64,000 bases of DNA from Raja brachyura (lineage: Eukaryota). The DNA lies in contig OY740804.1 in the NCBI GenBank assembly GCA_963514005.1, forward strand, positions 19,406,001 through 19,470,000, read 5' to 3'. A program made the translations under genes and the position numbers. This document shows positions 49,968 through 64,000 of this stretch, in pieces. How positions within the stretch are numbered: the stretch's first letter is position 1; each line of letters opens with the position of its first letter. The notes under the pieces are model-generated. The model did not search any database and was not told the DNA's origin. It was given only the letters and a program-made list of their open reading frames with translations.

Positions 49968-52900
49968 AGAAACATAGAAAACATAGGAAATAGGTGCAGG
50001 AGAAGGTCATTCGGCCCTTCGAGCCTGCACCGCCATTCAATATGATCATGGCTGATCATTCAACTCAATATCCTGTACCTGCCTTCTCTCCATACCCCCT
50101 GATCCCTTTAGCCACAAGGGCCACATCTAACTCCCTCTTAAATATAGCCAATGAACTGGCCTCAACTACCCTCTGTGGTAGAGAATTCCAGAGACTCACC
50201 ACTCTCTGTGTGAAAAATGTTTTTCTCATCTCGGTCCTAAAAGACTTCCCCCTTATCCTTAAACTGTGACCCCTTGTTCTGGACTTCCCCAACATCGGGA
50301 ACAATCTTCCTGCATCTAGCCTGTCCAACCCCTTAAGAATTTTGTAGGTTTCTATAAGATCCCCCCTCAATCTTCTAAATTCTAGCGAGTACAAGCCGAG
50401 TCTATCCAGTCTTTCCTCGTATGAAAGTCCTGACATCTGAGGAATCAGTCTGGTGAAACTTCTCTGTACCCCCTCTATGGCAAGAATGTCTTTCCTCAGA
50501 TTTTGAGATCAAAACTGTACGCAATACTCCAGGTATGGACTCACCAAAACCCTGTACAACTGCAGTAGAACCTCCCTGCTCCTATACTCAAATCTTTTTG
50601 CTATGAATGCTAACATACCAGTTGCTTTCTTCAAAGCCTGCTGCACCTGCATGCCTACTTTCAATGACTGGTGTACCATGACACCCAGGTCTCATTGCAT
50701 CTCCCCTTTTCCTAATTGGCCACCATTCAGATAATAGTCTACCCTCCTGTTTTGCCACCAAAGTGGATAACCTCACATTTATCCACATTATACTTCATCT
50801 GCCATACATTTGCCTACTCACCCAGCCTATCCAAGTCACCTGGCAGCCTCCTAGATTCCTCCTCACACCTAACACTGCCCCCCAGCTTCGTGTCATCCGC
50901 AAACTTGGAGATGTTGCATTCAATTCCCTCGTCCAAATTATTAATATATATTGTAAATAGCTGGGGTCCCAGCACTGAGGCTTGCGGTACCCCACTAGTC
51001 ACTGCCTGCCATTCTGAAAAGGACCCATTTACTCCTACCCTTTGCTTCCTGTCTGCCAGCCAGTTCTCTATCCACGTCAATACTGAACCTCCAATACCAT
51101 GTGCTTTAAGTTTGTATACTAATCTCTTATGTGGGACCTTGTCGAAAGCCTTCTGAAAGTCCAGATATAACACATCCACTGGTTCTCCCTTATCCACTCT
51201 ACTAGTTACATCCTCGAAAAATTCTATAAGATTCGTCAGACATGATTTTTTTTTTTTTTTATACTTTGTTTTATTAGAAGTAATCTATTTACAATAATGT
51301 AAACAGCTTTACAAACCTCAACTTAATTACACATTTTTTAAATAACCCATTGACAGTTATCATCTTCTATTTTTTTGGAAATAAAGAAAAGAATAGAATA
51401 GTTTTAAATCAATAAGAAAGTGATTAAATAATAATTTGATTATATAGAAAAGAAGAAGAAAATAGAGCAAGGAAAAAAGATTATAGATTAACAAAAAATG
51501 AGAAAATATTATATATATATATATATATCAATGAAAATCAACAAAATATATTGTATCTAAAACTATTACAAATAGTAATATCAATGAAGACATGCCTATT
51601 AATCCTAGTATAAGAATAAATTATTCTCATCAAATCCCGCTGGGTACCCGTCAGGCTGTGACGTCAAGAACAGCTACTTCTCTAGATACTGTATATATGG
51701 AGACCATATTTGTTCGAAGATATTATATTTGTCCAATAGGACAAATCTGATTCTTTCTAATTGTAACGTCTCCAACATCTCTGCTGCCCACATTTTAATT
51801 GTGGGGGATAATGTTCCCTTCCAAAATTTCAATATGATTTTTTTCCCTATTATCAAACAGTAATCAAAGAAATTTCTTTGATTTCCTGTAAGTACCGAAT
51901 TTGAATCCAAAATCCCAAGTATTATTAACTTTGGGTCTGGATCCAATCTAATTTTTAGAACCTCAGAAATAACCTTAAAAATTTCTGTCCAGTAGTAACT
52001 CAGTTTGGGACATGTAGCAAAACTATGTATTAAATTTGCTTCTAAGTTCTTACATTTATCACAAATTGAAGAGAGATTGTGAAAGATACTATTTAATTTA
52101 GTTTTTGAATAGTGTAATCTGTATAATACTTTGAATTGTATCAATGTATGTCTGGCATTTAACGAACACCGATGTATTTGCTGTAAACTTTCTTCCCAAT
52201 TTTCTTTTGTTATGGATAAACCAATTTCCTTTTCCCATGCTTGCCGATATGTTTCCGTTGTTGGATTCTCCTTATCCAAAATTATGTTATATATATGGGC
52301 TATTAATTTTTCTGTATTTGGGTGTAAATTAAACAAATCATCTAATAATCCTGGTACTTTATTTTTATAATCTAGTGTGTTTGATTTTATATAATCTCTA
52401 ATTTGTAAGTACCTAAACAAGTGTTGCGGAGACAATCCATAGATATCTTGTAACTCTCGGAATAAAATAAATTTTCCTTTTCTATAAAGGTGCTCTATCC
52501 TTTTAATTCCTAAATCATCCCAATGTCTAAACCCTCCATCCAATATAGAGGGCTTAAATAATGGGTTATTCATTATTGGTAGTCTAAGTGAAAGATTATC
52601 TAGCTGTAAAGTCTTAACTATTTGTTTCCAAATACATCTATTATTATAAATTATAGGGTTATCCCTATAAATTTTTTTTGTACTTCCTTTGGGGCAAAGA
52701 GAACCGATCCTACATTATAGGGTGAACAATCTTCCTTTTCCATCTTTAACCACATTGGTTCATAATCCATATTTACCCACCAAAAATTCATATTCTTAAT
52801 CTGGACTGCCCAAAAATAATATAAAAAATTTGGAAGTGCTAATCCTCCATTTATCTTAGATTTACATAAATGTTTTTTACTTATTCTATGATTTTTATAA

Positions 52901-55900
52901 TCCCAAATAAAACTATAAATAATATTATCTATTTTTTTAAAAAAGGTCTTTGGGAGAAAAAAAGGAATAGCCTGGAACAAATATAATAATTGTGGTAAAA
53001 ACACCATCTTTATAGCGTTTATTCTACCAATCATGGATATAGGAAGTGTTTTCCAGTACAAAATATTTTTTTAAAGTTTATCTAATAATAGAGGGTAATT
53101 AGATTTAATTAGTGAATTATAAGATTTGGTTACATTAATTCCTAAATATTTAAATTTGTCTTTAACTATTTTTAACGAATATTGTTGTAATATATTTAAG
53201 TTAATTTCTGTTATAGGCATAATTTCACTTTTATTCCAGTTAATTCTAAATCCTGCAAAATGTGCCAAAGATAGTTATAACATTGAGTAACTTAGGTAAA
53301 CTAATTTCCAGTTTTGTAATATAAATCAAAACATCATCTGCATATAAAGATATTTTGTTAGTTGTTGTGTCAGTATTATAGCCATAGATTTCAGGTTCTG
53401 ATCTGATTCTTTCCGCCAAAGGCTCTATCATCAAAGCAAATAATAAAGGCGATAACGAACAACCCTGTCTACAACCCCTAGAGAGCTTAAATTTAGCTGA
53501 TAATATTTGATTAGTTAAGATTCTTGCCGTTGGATTCAAATATAAAATTCTTATCCATTTACAAAATCTATCCCCCAATTGAAACTTTTCCATTATATTA
53601 AATAAATATAACCATTCCACCTGATCGAATGCCTTTTCTGCATCTAGCGAGACAACTGCTAATTCCCTGTCCCGTACTCTTTTTGAATATATAATATTAA
53701 ACAAGCGTCTGAGATTATGAGATGAGTAGCGTTTTGGGATAAAACCTGTTTGATCTTGATGTATTAATTTAGAAATCACCAAACTTAATCTCCGAGATAA
53801 AACTTTCGTTAGTATTTTTTGGTCTGTATTTAGAAGTGCGATCGCTCTATATGATCCTGGATCTTCCAAATCCTTATCTGCCTTAGGAATAAGTGTAATT
53901 GTAGATTCGTTTAAAGATTCTGGTAGTTTACCTTGTTCATATGCATATCTATATACTGTATATAATCTTGGGGAAATCAGATCTAGAAATTTTTTATAAA
54001 ATTCTGCACTTAGGCCATCGGGGCCCGCTGCTTTTCCATTCTTTAACGAACTAATTGATTCTTCAATATCTTTTACTGTTATTTCGGCGTTTAACAAATG
54101 TCTACCTTCCTGATCTAAACTGTTAATTTGACACTTTTGTAGAAATGTTTCCATATCCACTGTTTGTCCTGTTAATTTAGATGAATAAAGATTTTGATAA
54201 TATTGTAGAAATCTGTCATTAATATCTTTTGGTATCGTCAATATATTTCCATCCACCGATCTAATTCTATGTATCAATTTTTCATCCTCTAATTTTCTAA
54301 GTTGTCTTGCTAATAGTTTTTGTGGTTTGTCTCCAAACTCGAAATGCACTTGTTTGGTTTGTTGAAATAGTTTAATGATTTGGTTAGAATATATTTTATT
54401 TAGTCTATATTTTGCTATTGCAATTTTGTTACTTAGCTCTTTAGAAGGGCGTTTTATATTTTCACTATCTAGTTGTTTTATCTCGTGTTCTAACTTTTGT
54501 TCCATCTTTCTATTTTCTTTATTAAGATAAGCCTGTGCAGATATTATTGCACCACGCATAAATGCTTTAAATGTGTCCCAGAGTAACGATGGTGAAGTTT
54601 CCGGTTTGTCATTAGTTTCAAAAAATAATTTAATCTGTTCCGTCACATGTTTACAACAGTCCTTATCCTTTAATATCTGGGGATTAAATCTCCAAGTAGT
54701 CGTTTTATTAAGTATATCTTTTAGTTTTATCTTAAATGTAAGAGGCGCGTGATCTGAAATAATAATATTGTGATATTTTGCGTCATACGTAAAAGGTAGT
54801 AATTTTGAATCTATTAAAAAATAATCTATCCTAGAATAAGTTCCGTGTACGGGCGAAAAAAACGAGTATTCTCGTCCGGATGGATTATCTAATCTCCAAA
54901 TATCCTTAACATTCGATGTATTAATAAAATAATTTATAAGTTTACTTGAATTAGAGGTAACTTTCCTTTTTGTAGAAGACCTGTCTAGGTAGCTATCTAA
55001 GGTGCAATTAAAGTCACCCCCAATAACTAAATTATATTGTGTGGAAATAGGAATATTATTAAATATTTTCTTAAAAAATAGTGGGTTATCAAAATTAGGG
55101 GCATATATATTCACCAAAATTACTTTCTGTGAATATAATTCCCCTGTAATTATTACATATCTACCCTCTTTGTCCTCTATTATAGAATTTTGTTTAAAAG
55201 GTATACCTTTACTGATAATTATTGCAACTCCTCTAGATTTGTGTGTAAATGAAGAGTGATATACCTTGGAAATCCATTTCGCTGTTAATCTATATTGAGC
55301 ATCTCTTTTGAGATGAGTCTCTTGGAGGAAGATCACGTCTGATTTCAATCTATTCAACTGTGCTAGTACCTTTCCCCTTTTAATTGGTTCATTAATTCCC
55401 TTAACATTCCAACTACAGAAGGTAATTCCACCCCCCCCCCCCGGTCTTCACATTCATATCTTGCATTTTACTATTAGGGTGGGTTTTTTTGGAGTAGCCT
55501 TCTCGACCCCTCCAGCCCAGCGGTATACCCAAACGCCAATCCGATGAGAATTTCTATCTTCAGTAATCCATATACATATCTTCTTAGAGCGATTATACAA
55601 TATCGTTCATAACTACATTCATATAATATATAACGCAGAATCAAATATTTAATATATAAGAAAAAGTACAAAGTGTAATTAAAAAAAGAGAAAGGGGTGT
55701 TAACAGGGTGCCCAGAAAAAAAAGAAACTACACTGGTATAGTGTGTAGTGTGCATTAGTGAAAGCCACACTAACGTGGCTATTAATCTACTGACTTCCGT
55801 TTTTTTAAGAAAAGAGATGTTAAATGTTCCAGCTCCTGTCTATAATACTATGTATATTGGGGTGGGGTACTAACTTTAAGTACTTAGTAAATATTTCTAT

Positions 55901-57306
55901 TATTCATATTACTAATTACCAGTTATTAATTTCTAGTATAATTAATATTATAGTAGGTAATATAGTAGGAAATTATAGTAGGAAAAATTCTATCAGATTT
56001 GTCAGACATGATTTACCTTTCGTAAATCCATGCTGACATTGTCCAATGATTTCACCACTTTCCAAATGTGCTGCTATCCCATCTTTAATCACTGACTCTA
56101 GCAGGTTCCCCACTACCGGTGTTAGACTAACTGGTCTGTAATTCCACGTTTTCTCTCTCCCTCCTTTTTTAAAAAGTAGGGTTACATTAGCTACCCTCCA
56201 ATCCTCAGGAACTACTCCAGAATCAAAAGAGTTTTGAAAAATTATCACTAATGCATCCACTATTTCTGTGGCTACTTCCTTGAGTACTCTGGGATGCAGC
56301 CTATCTGGCCCTGGGGATTTATCGGCCTTTAATCCATTCAATTTACCCAACACCACTTCCCGGCTAACCTGGATTTCACTCAGTTCCTCCATCTTATTTG
56401 ACCCCCCGTCCCCTGCTATTTCCGGCAGATTATTTATGTCTTCCTTAATGAAGACAGAACCAAAGTAGTTATTCAATTGGCCTGCATGTCCTTGTTCCCC
56501 ATGATCAATTCACCTGTTTCTGACTGCAAGAGACCTACATTTGTTTTAACTAATCTTTTTCTCTTCACATATCTATAAAAACTTTTGCAGTCAGTTTTTA
56601 TGTTCCCTGCCAGTTTTCTTTCATAATCTATTATCCCTTTCCTAATTAAGCCCTTTGTCCTCTTCTGCTAGACTCTGAATTTCTCCCAGTCCTCTGCTAG
56701 GTTGCTTTTTCTGGCTAATTTGTATGCTTCATCTTTTGTTTTGATACTATCCCTGATTTCCCTTGTTATCCACGGATGTACTACCTTCGATGATTTATTC
56801 TTTTGCAAACTGGGATGAACAATTGTTATAGTTCATCCATGCAGTCTTTAAATGCCTTCCATTGCACATCCACTGTTAACCCTTTAAGAATCAATTGCCA
56901 GTCTATTTTGGGCAATTCACGTCTCATACCTTAAAAGTTACCTTTCTTTAAGTTCAGAACCCTTGTTTCTGAATTAATGATGTCACTCTCCATCCTAATG
57001 AAGAACTCAACCATATTATGGTCACTCTTGCCCAAGGGGCCACACACAATAAGACTGCTAACTAACCCTTCCTCATTACTCAATACCCAGTCTAGAATAG
57101 CCTGCTCTCTCGTTGGCTCCTCTACATGTTGGTTTAGAAAACTGTCCCACATACATTCCAAGAAATCCTCTTCCTCAGCACGCCTGCCAATTTGATTCAC
57201 CCAATCTATTTGTAGATTGAAGTCACCCATTATAACTGTTTCACATTTGTTGCACGCATTTGTAATTTCCTGTTTGATGCCATCCCCAACTCCACTACTA
57301 CTGTTA
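49968..57306 (-). mobile_element. CR1 LINE ORF2 (EN to 3' tail), split by L1
   Basis: 57306-55982 and 51248-49968 rejoin at [11 protein letters not shown]; same subfamily as 3467-5545. Confidence 0.95.
51249..55981 (-). mobile_element. L1 with near-intact ORF2 (about 55466-51674; 703-aa open EN+RT; about 4 breaks)
   Basis: FLQETH, NIYAPN, GGDFN, SRIDY, SDH, YADD, CDKC..H..C; poly(T) at 51246-51260; 33-bp TSD. Confidence 0.97.
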
Positions 57307-59059
57307 ATTCGGCTTCATGTCTTTCTCTATTTGTAAGAACGAGAGGATAAATATTAATTGAGGACCTCATCCATCTCTTGTGCCTCGAAACTTAAATGTC
57401 CAGTTTGCTTCCGGTATTCTCTCCTTTGTTCCTCTTTTTCACAGTGCACATTTGGACCATTTTCTCGATCTTTATAATAAAAAGGAACTGCCGATGCTGG
57501 CTTATACCAAAATACTGGAGTAACTCAGTGGGTCGGGTCTTACTCCAACAGCTTGTGTTTCTATTTATTGTTATCCAGAGTTCTCTACGCCTGCGAGCCT
57601 CACCCCACCTCCTACACATCAAGCTCCCCCCCCCCCCCCCCCCCAATACTCTGTCCTAAGCTTTTTATTCGGGCCATGGCCATGGGCACAAGGTCGCCAA
57701 GATCCTGCTGTGGGGTGGGAATCAGATGGGGGATTCATGTACACAGAGACATAAGTGAATGTTGATGGTGTCATGCAAAGAATATTTGGTCCAGGCCTCA
57801 CGTTAGCGTCAGGGGTCAGTTACCAAATGTATTTTCCCCGCAGATGGCCATAAAATGCGGGAGTAACTCAGCGGGATGGAAGGAATGGGTGATATTTCGG
57901 GTTGAGACCCTTCTCAAACATCACCCATTCCTTCTATCCAGAGACGGTACCTGTCCCACTGAATTACCCCAGCATTTTGATTAAATCTTTGGTGTAAACC
58001 AGCAAATCTACAGTTCCTTCCTCCACGTCTCTTCCAGCCCGACTATTGACCCAGGACATCATTCAACGAGTTCGCGCGCATCCTGGCCTGGGCTCATTTG
58101 AATTGGTCGGTGCTGAGAGTGACGGGAGTTGGTTGCGGAATATTGGAACAGCCGCTCCCGGGAAATGCTTCCATGGATCCCGCAGTCTTGGGCTCCGTTT
58201 GGCCGCTGCGCTGATTGGGGACCATGGAAAGTGCGGCGCCCTGGCGTCGCTGCGAGAGCCATTGGCGGCCGTGGTGATGTGGGATGGGACTGGTCGATTG
58301 GCCGAGGTCCCGCGGAGCCACGGTGAGGTGGAGACCCAGTGGCGCCCGGAGGGGAAACAGGAGGAGGAAATCAATGATCATAGAGTCTATGATCTTTGGA
58401 GGAAATGGCGTCTGTTGATGAGCTGTGGGGCCTGGACCTCACCGCGGGCCACGGAGATCACCGTTCGCTCAGTCTCTGCCCAAGATCATCTGCCTTGTTC
58501 TGCTCCCAACCAGGTAGTTACTGACAATATGCGCAAGTAATATCTGCAGGTACAATCGCAAAGTTTAAGAAGCAGTTAGACAGATATATGGATAGTATAG
58601 GTTTGGAGGGATATGGGCCGAACGCAGGCAGGTGGGACTAGAGTAGATGGGGCATGTTGGTCGGCGTGGGCAAGTTGGGCTGAAGGGCCTGTTCCCACGA
58701 ATGTATTACCCTCATAAAAGGAGCGGGTATGGCCACTCGGCCCCACTCACGACTGATTTTGGTGCTCGGTGCTATTTTCTTGCAATCTTCCCATCCGGAG
58801 AACCATCTTTCTCCATTTTAATTAAACTGGCTGGCTGAACCTCTACCGCTTCGGGGGAAGAGAATACAATTAATCGTGATGGGGAATTTCTTCTCTTCCG
58901 CTGAAGTTATGAATGACTGACCCCTCACACTGTACCTCCAGGTCTAGATTCCTCAACTAGGAGAAGCATCTTGAGAGAAAATACAGTCCCAATCTATTAT
59001 GGAGTTAGTTCAGGAAATGGGACTGTTAAAAGATCAGATGTGTTCCGAATTTGTGAATT

Positions 59060-62000
59060 ATTATTCCTCTAAAAGGGTGACCAAAACTGTACACAGTACT
59101 CTAAATGCAGCCTCACCAATGTCTGTACAACTGTAACATCCCAATATCCTAACTGATGAAGGCCAATGTACCAAAAGCCCGCTATCTACCTGTGAGACCA
59201 GTTGCAAGTAACTATATTCCTGCACTCCTTGAAACCTCTGCTCTACAACAATCCCCAGGGCCTTGCCATTCACTGTGAAGGTCATGCCCTGGTTTGCATT
59301 TCCAAAATGCATCACTTTACACTTATCTGCATTAAATTACATTAACAATTCTTCAGTCCACTTGCCCAACTGATCAAAGTTCCTGTTGTTATTTTTGATA
59401 ACCATCTTCACAATGTACAATACCACCCACTTTAGTGTCATCTGCAAACCTATTAATCACACCCTTGAACATTCTCATCCGTTGATATAAAGCTATAAAC
59501 CGCAATGGGCCCAGCACTGATCCTTGAGCCTGTGCCTCACTAGCCACAGGCCTCCAGTTGAAAAACAGTCTTCCACATCACCCTCTGCATCCTTCCATCA
59601 ATCAAAATCTCTTTCCAGCCAGCTGTCTCTCCCTGGATCCCATGTGATCTAATCTTCCAGAACAGCCTACCACGTTGATTTTTTATCAAAGGCCTTGCGG
59701 ATGTCCACGTAGATAACGTCTATGACTTTAAGCTTGATAAGCTTTTTGGTTAGTTCTTCAAAAAACGTAATCAGATTAATAAGCCATGATCTCCCACATA
59801 CAAAACAGCACTGACTATCCCTCATCAGCTGCTGTCTACCTAAATGCATATATATCTTACCCCTTAGAATCCTCTCCAGTAACATGCCCACCACATATAT
59901 TATGCTCACTACTCTATAGTTCCCAGGCTTTTAAGATGCAAGCCTTCTTAAATAGAGGCACAATATTAGCCACCCTCATGTTTTCCAGCACCTCACTCAT
60001 GTCTAATGATGATTCGTATATCTCAGCCGAGGCTCCTGCAGTGTCCTTAACTTCCCAGTGTCCTCAGATATCTGATCAGGCTGGGGAGATTTATTATAAT
60101 AATAATAATAATAATAATAATATATTTTATTGTCATTGCACATAAGTGCAATGAGATTTGGGTATGCAGCTCCCATCCAATGTCATAACTTAAATAACTA
60201 ATAAAATTTAGATTTAGATACCCCGAGAAAATGGTTTGTAAAAAGAACTTTAAAACAGTCAGAACAGATTAAAGTGCAGATGTGTCTGCGCGACGTGACC
60301 ATCCGAGGGAGACAGTCCATGGGGGTGGGGGGCATTCAGCAGGGCCGGTTCAGAGCCGCTATAGCTCTGGGAATGAAGCTGTTCCTGATTCTGGAGGTGC
60401 GGGCGTAGAAGGCCTTGTAACGTCTGCCGGAGGAAGTAGTTCGAACAGTCCATTACAAGGGTGAGAGGAGTCTTTATGGATGCTGACGGCCTTCCTGAGG
60501 CACCGTGTGTGGTAGATGCCCTCCAAGGCTGGTAACAGTGTCCCAATAATCTTCTGCACTCTGTGGACAATGCGCTGAAGAGCTATCCTCTCCGCCTCCG
60601 TGCAGCTGAGATACCACACAGAGATGCCATACGTTAGTATGCTCTCTGTGGTGCAGCGGTAAAAGGTTGTCAGCATCTGTTGGGGCAGACCAGTCCTTTT
60701 CAATGTTCTCAAGAAGAACAGTCGTTGCTGTGCCTTTTTGACCAGCGCAGCGGTGTTGGTGAACTATGTGAGGTCCTCTGAGATGTGAATGCCCAGAAAC
60801 TTAAAGCTGGACACTCTCTCCACACTGTCCCCGTAGATGGACATTGGGGCATTTTCCCCATTCTGTGACTTCCTGAAGTCGATAATCAGCTCCTTGGTCT
60901 TGGAGGTGTTTAGCGACAAGTTGTTCCGTGAGCACCAGTCCGCCAGGTTCTGCACCTCCGCTCTGTATTTTGTTTCATCACCGTTGGTGATCAGCCCGAT
61001 CACCGTTGTGTCATCTGCAAACTTGACAATGGTGTTGGTGTCGAATGCAGGAACACAGTCGTGAGTGAAGAGGGAGTAGAGCACGGGGCTCAGTACACAG
61101 CACTGTGGTGTGCCGGTGCTCAGGGTAATAGTGGAGGAGACATGCGGGCCCAGTCTCACTGCCTGCTGTTGCTCCGTCAGAAAATTCAGGATCCAGTCGC
61201 ATTTGGGGAGCTGAGGCCTAGCTGGTGGAGTTTGGTGGTGAGCTTCGTGGGATGACCGTGTTGAAGGCGGAGCTATAGTCTATGAAGAGCATCCTCACGT
61301 AGGTGCCCTGTCTTTCCAGGTGAGTCAGGACAGTGTGAAGAGAGATGGCATCCTCTGTGGAACTATGTGCCCTGTATGCAAATTGATGAGAGTCAAGTGA
61401 GGCAGGGATGCTGGATTTGATGTGGGAGAGGACCAGCCTTTCAAAGCACTTAATTGGTATTGGAGTTAGGGCAACTGGGCGGTAGTCATTCAGGTTGGTG
61501 ACTTTAGACTTTTTCGGCACCGGCACCATATGGTGAAGGTTATCCACCTTCATGAGCATTAGGATATCCATCACTACTCGACCGTAATAAGGACTGTCCT
61601 CAATATATCTTCATTTCATGAAGTTCCCCAGCCTTCATGTCCTCTCCATGGTAAAAACTGTGGGAAAATACTCAGAGGACTTTGCGCATCTCCTGTGTTT
61701 CCACACAGACATTTCAGCATTGGTTTCTGAGGTGCCTTATTTTTTCTCTAGTTACCCATTTACTTAAACAATCATTGGATTCACCTTAATATTGTCTGCC
61801 AGAGCTATCTCTTGCCCGATTTTCTATTTAAGTATGATCCCGAAACTGCTCTGGAGATACAGTTGCTCCCATCTACCTGTATGGGACCATGCCTCTTTTC
61901 TCCTGACCAGAGCTTCAATTTCTTTCGTCACACTTGGCTTGCCCTTCACTCTAACAGCAACATGCATGCCCTGAACTTTTGTCATCCCAAGCATCCCTCT

Positions 62001-62830
62001 TTCTGGATGTTCCTTTGCCCACAAACAACCTGATCCAATCAACTTGAGCAAGTTCCCATCTAACACTAAAGTTGGGGCTTGTCCCAATTCAGAATTTCAA
62101 CGTGGGCTTTCCCTGTCTTTATTCATAACTATATGAAAACTAATGGAGCTGTGGCTATTGGTCCCAAAAGGCTCTACCACTGACACTTCAGTTACTTGCC
62201 CTTCACAATTTCCCACAGGTAGATCAAGCTTTGCCCTCACCCCTGTAGGGTCCTTTACATGTTGCTTAAGAAAACTTTCCTGAACACATTTGACAAACTC
62301 TACCCTATCTAAATTCTCGGCACTATGACAGTACTAGTCCATATTTGGAAAGTTAAAATCTCCCATTATGCCAACCCTATTAGTTTTACAGCTGCTTGTA
62401 ATGTCCTGGAATATTTGTTCTTCTGATTCCCGTTGCCTATTTTCGGGTCTGTAGTACACTGCTAACAAGATGGTCATCCTTTCACCCCCCCCTCAATTTG
62501 ATCCATATAGCTTCACTGGACAAACCATCAGTTATGTCACATTGGGCTCTTTAATCAATACTCCCTTTCCTCGTGGTCACCCAGTTACTTTCTTCCTGTA
62601 CCTTGGCAGTGATCACATCACTATAACTCTTGTTAATAATGCTCACAATCACTTGATGATCTTGAGGTTGTTTAGCCTCAGTTCTAGCTCCCTAGCGTGG
62701 TCTGGAAGGAGCAGCACCTGGACACATTTCCCACAGGAATAGTCATCAGAGATACCAGCAGTTTCCCTGACATCTAACTTTTTGCAGGAATAACATTTCA
62801 CCATTCTGCCTGCCATCTCTACTCCACTAA
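59060..62830 (-). mobile_element. Old CR1 with ORF1 remnant, split by Rex1
   Basis: ORF1-like CxxC..CxxC (VKCYSC...CGKC) at 62649-62864; decayed EN and RT (DIRKAFD, FADD). Confidence 0.75.
60094..61530 (-). mobile_element. Rex1/Babar LINE 3' part with (ATT)n tail
   Basis: PVPKK...[46 protein letters not shown]; (AAT)n at 60096-60121. Confidence 0.92.
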
Positions 62831-63574
62831 AACTTAGAGGGGAAAAAACACAACACTCACACAAAGAAACAGAAACTACCTTTACCTTCTATCAACCTCA
62901 GCAAAGCCTCCTGGGCCAAAGCCCTTCACTTACCCTGAACACAGCACCTCAACCACGGCCGGCCTTAGGAGGTGCGGGGCCCAATTGGGATTTTTTTCCC
63001 CCTTGAAATATAAATTAAAACATTTAAATGAGTCGCGTGTCGTACGTAACATGACAATTCGGGGGAGAGTTCCTTTCATAGCGTGTGCAGTCTAGCCAGG
63101 GGTAAAGTTGCGAGGAGGGAAGGAGCGTTGAGAAAGAGAGGGTCGGGGTTCATGCCAGTAACTCACTAACTCACCGCTGCTGTGGCTACCAGCGGCCTCC
63201 ATCACCGGACAGCGGAACCGACTGCCATCTCAGCGCCTTCTGCCGGCCCGCTCACCTCTGGCAGTGCTCTCCGTCTGAACAGTGAGGGGACCAGCTCAAG
63301 AGCAAAGATCATAGAGCGGAGTGGGTCAGCGGGTGATGGATAACATCACAGAGGGCGGTGGAGCTTACTCCTGTGTCAGCGCGATCAAGGGATCAAAGAG
63401 ATCAACGAAGTCTATCTTTCTTGGCTAACAACCTAACCTTCAGCCTCCAAGATGCAGGTACATTTTTTAGCAATGTTACAAAATCTTGAGATTTAAAAAA
63501 TCGTCTGCAATTTATCCCATCAGATAAAGCATAAAAAGAAGTTTAATTTGACACCTAATTCACTTTCATATCGC

Positions 63575-64000
63575 ATTCATTCAATGTGATCATGGTTGAT
63601 CATCCCCAATCACTACCCTGTTCCTGCCTTCTCCCCATATCCCCTGACTCCGCTATTTTTAAGAGCCCTATCTAGCTCTCTCTTGAAAGCTTCCAGAGAA
63701 CCTGCCTCCACCGCCCTCTGAGGCAGAGCATTCCACAGACTCACCACTCTCTGTGAGAAAAAGTGTTTCCTTGTCTCAGTTGTAAATGGCTTACTCCTTA
63801 TTCTTAACCTGTGGCCCCTGGTTCTGGACTCCTCCAACATCGGGAACATGTTTCCTGCCTCTAGCGTGTCCAAGCCCTTAACAATCTTATATGTTTCAAT
63901 GAGATTCCCTCTCATCCTTCTAAACTCCAGAGTGTACAAGCCCAGCTGCTCCATTCTCTCAGCATATGACAGTCCCGCCATCCCGGGAATTAACCTTGTA
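63575..64000 (-). mobile_element. CR1 3' end
   Basis: LEFRRMRGNLIETYK...RTRGH...RVVSLWNALP. Confidence 0.92.

Noticed and set aside
3467-57306. Near-identical CR1 segments at 3.5-4.9 kb and 56.0-57.3 kb, both interrupted by L1 near the same RT position (segmental duplication or L1 targeting?)
   Set aside because: L1 insertion points, orientations and subfamilies differ and flanks are unrelated; CR1 abundance explains it

Overview
Eukaryotic (vertebrate) genomic DNA. The repeat content (abundant CR1/HER1-type LINEs, V-SINEs, Penelope, Rex1, AT-rich L1s) suggests a cartilaginous fish, probably a skate or ray (inference). Most of the window is nested, decayed retroelements: five L1 copies, many CR1 pieces, Tx1, Rex1, L2/Crack, Penelope, and one DIRS element with both termini and its internal complementary region intact. 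One host gene can be assembled by hand on the minus strand (48472 to 40912). It has six exons, all GT-AG and phase-compatible, and encodes about 345 aa: signal peptide, Cys-less IgV, 4-Cys IgC2, TM and tail, i.e. a CD2/SLAM-family receptor. It has no ITSM/ITIM, but has a juxtamembrane CGC motif and an Arg at the TM start resembling FcR-gamma-coupling receptors. Relics of at least one paralogue (TM exon, V-exon end, inverted C2 exon) lie at 24.9-36.8 kb. Several nested insertions can be resolved exactly from target-site duplications. Coordinates were read by eye; repeat boundaries without a stated TSD are approximate.
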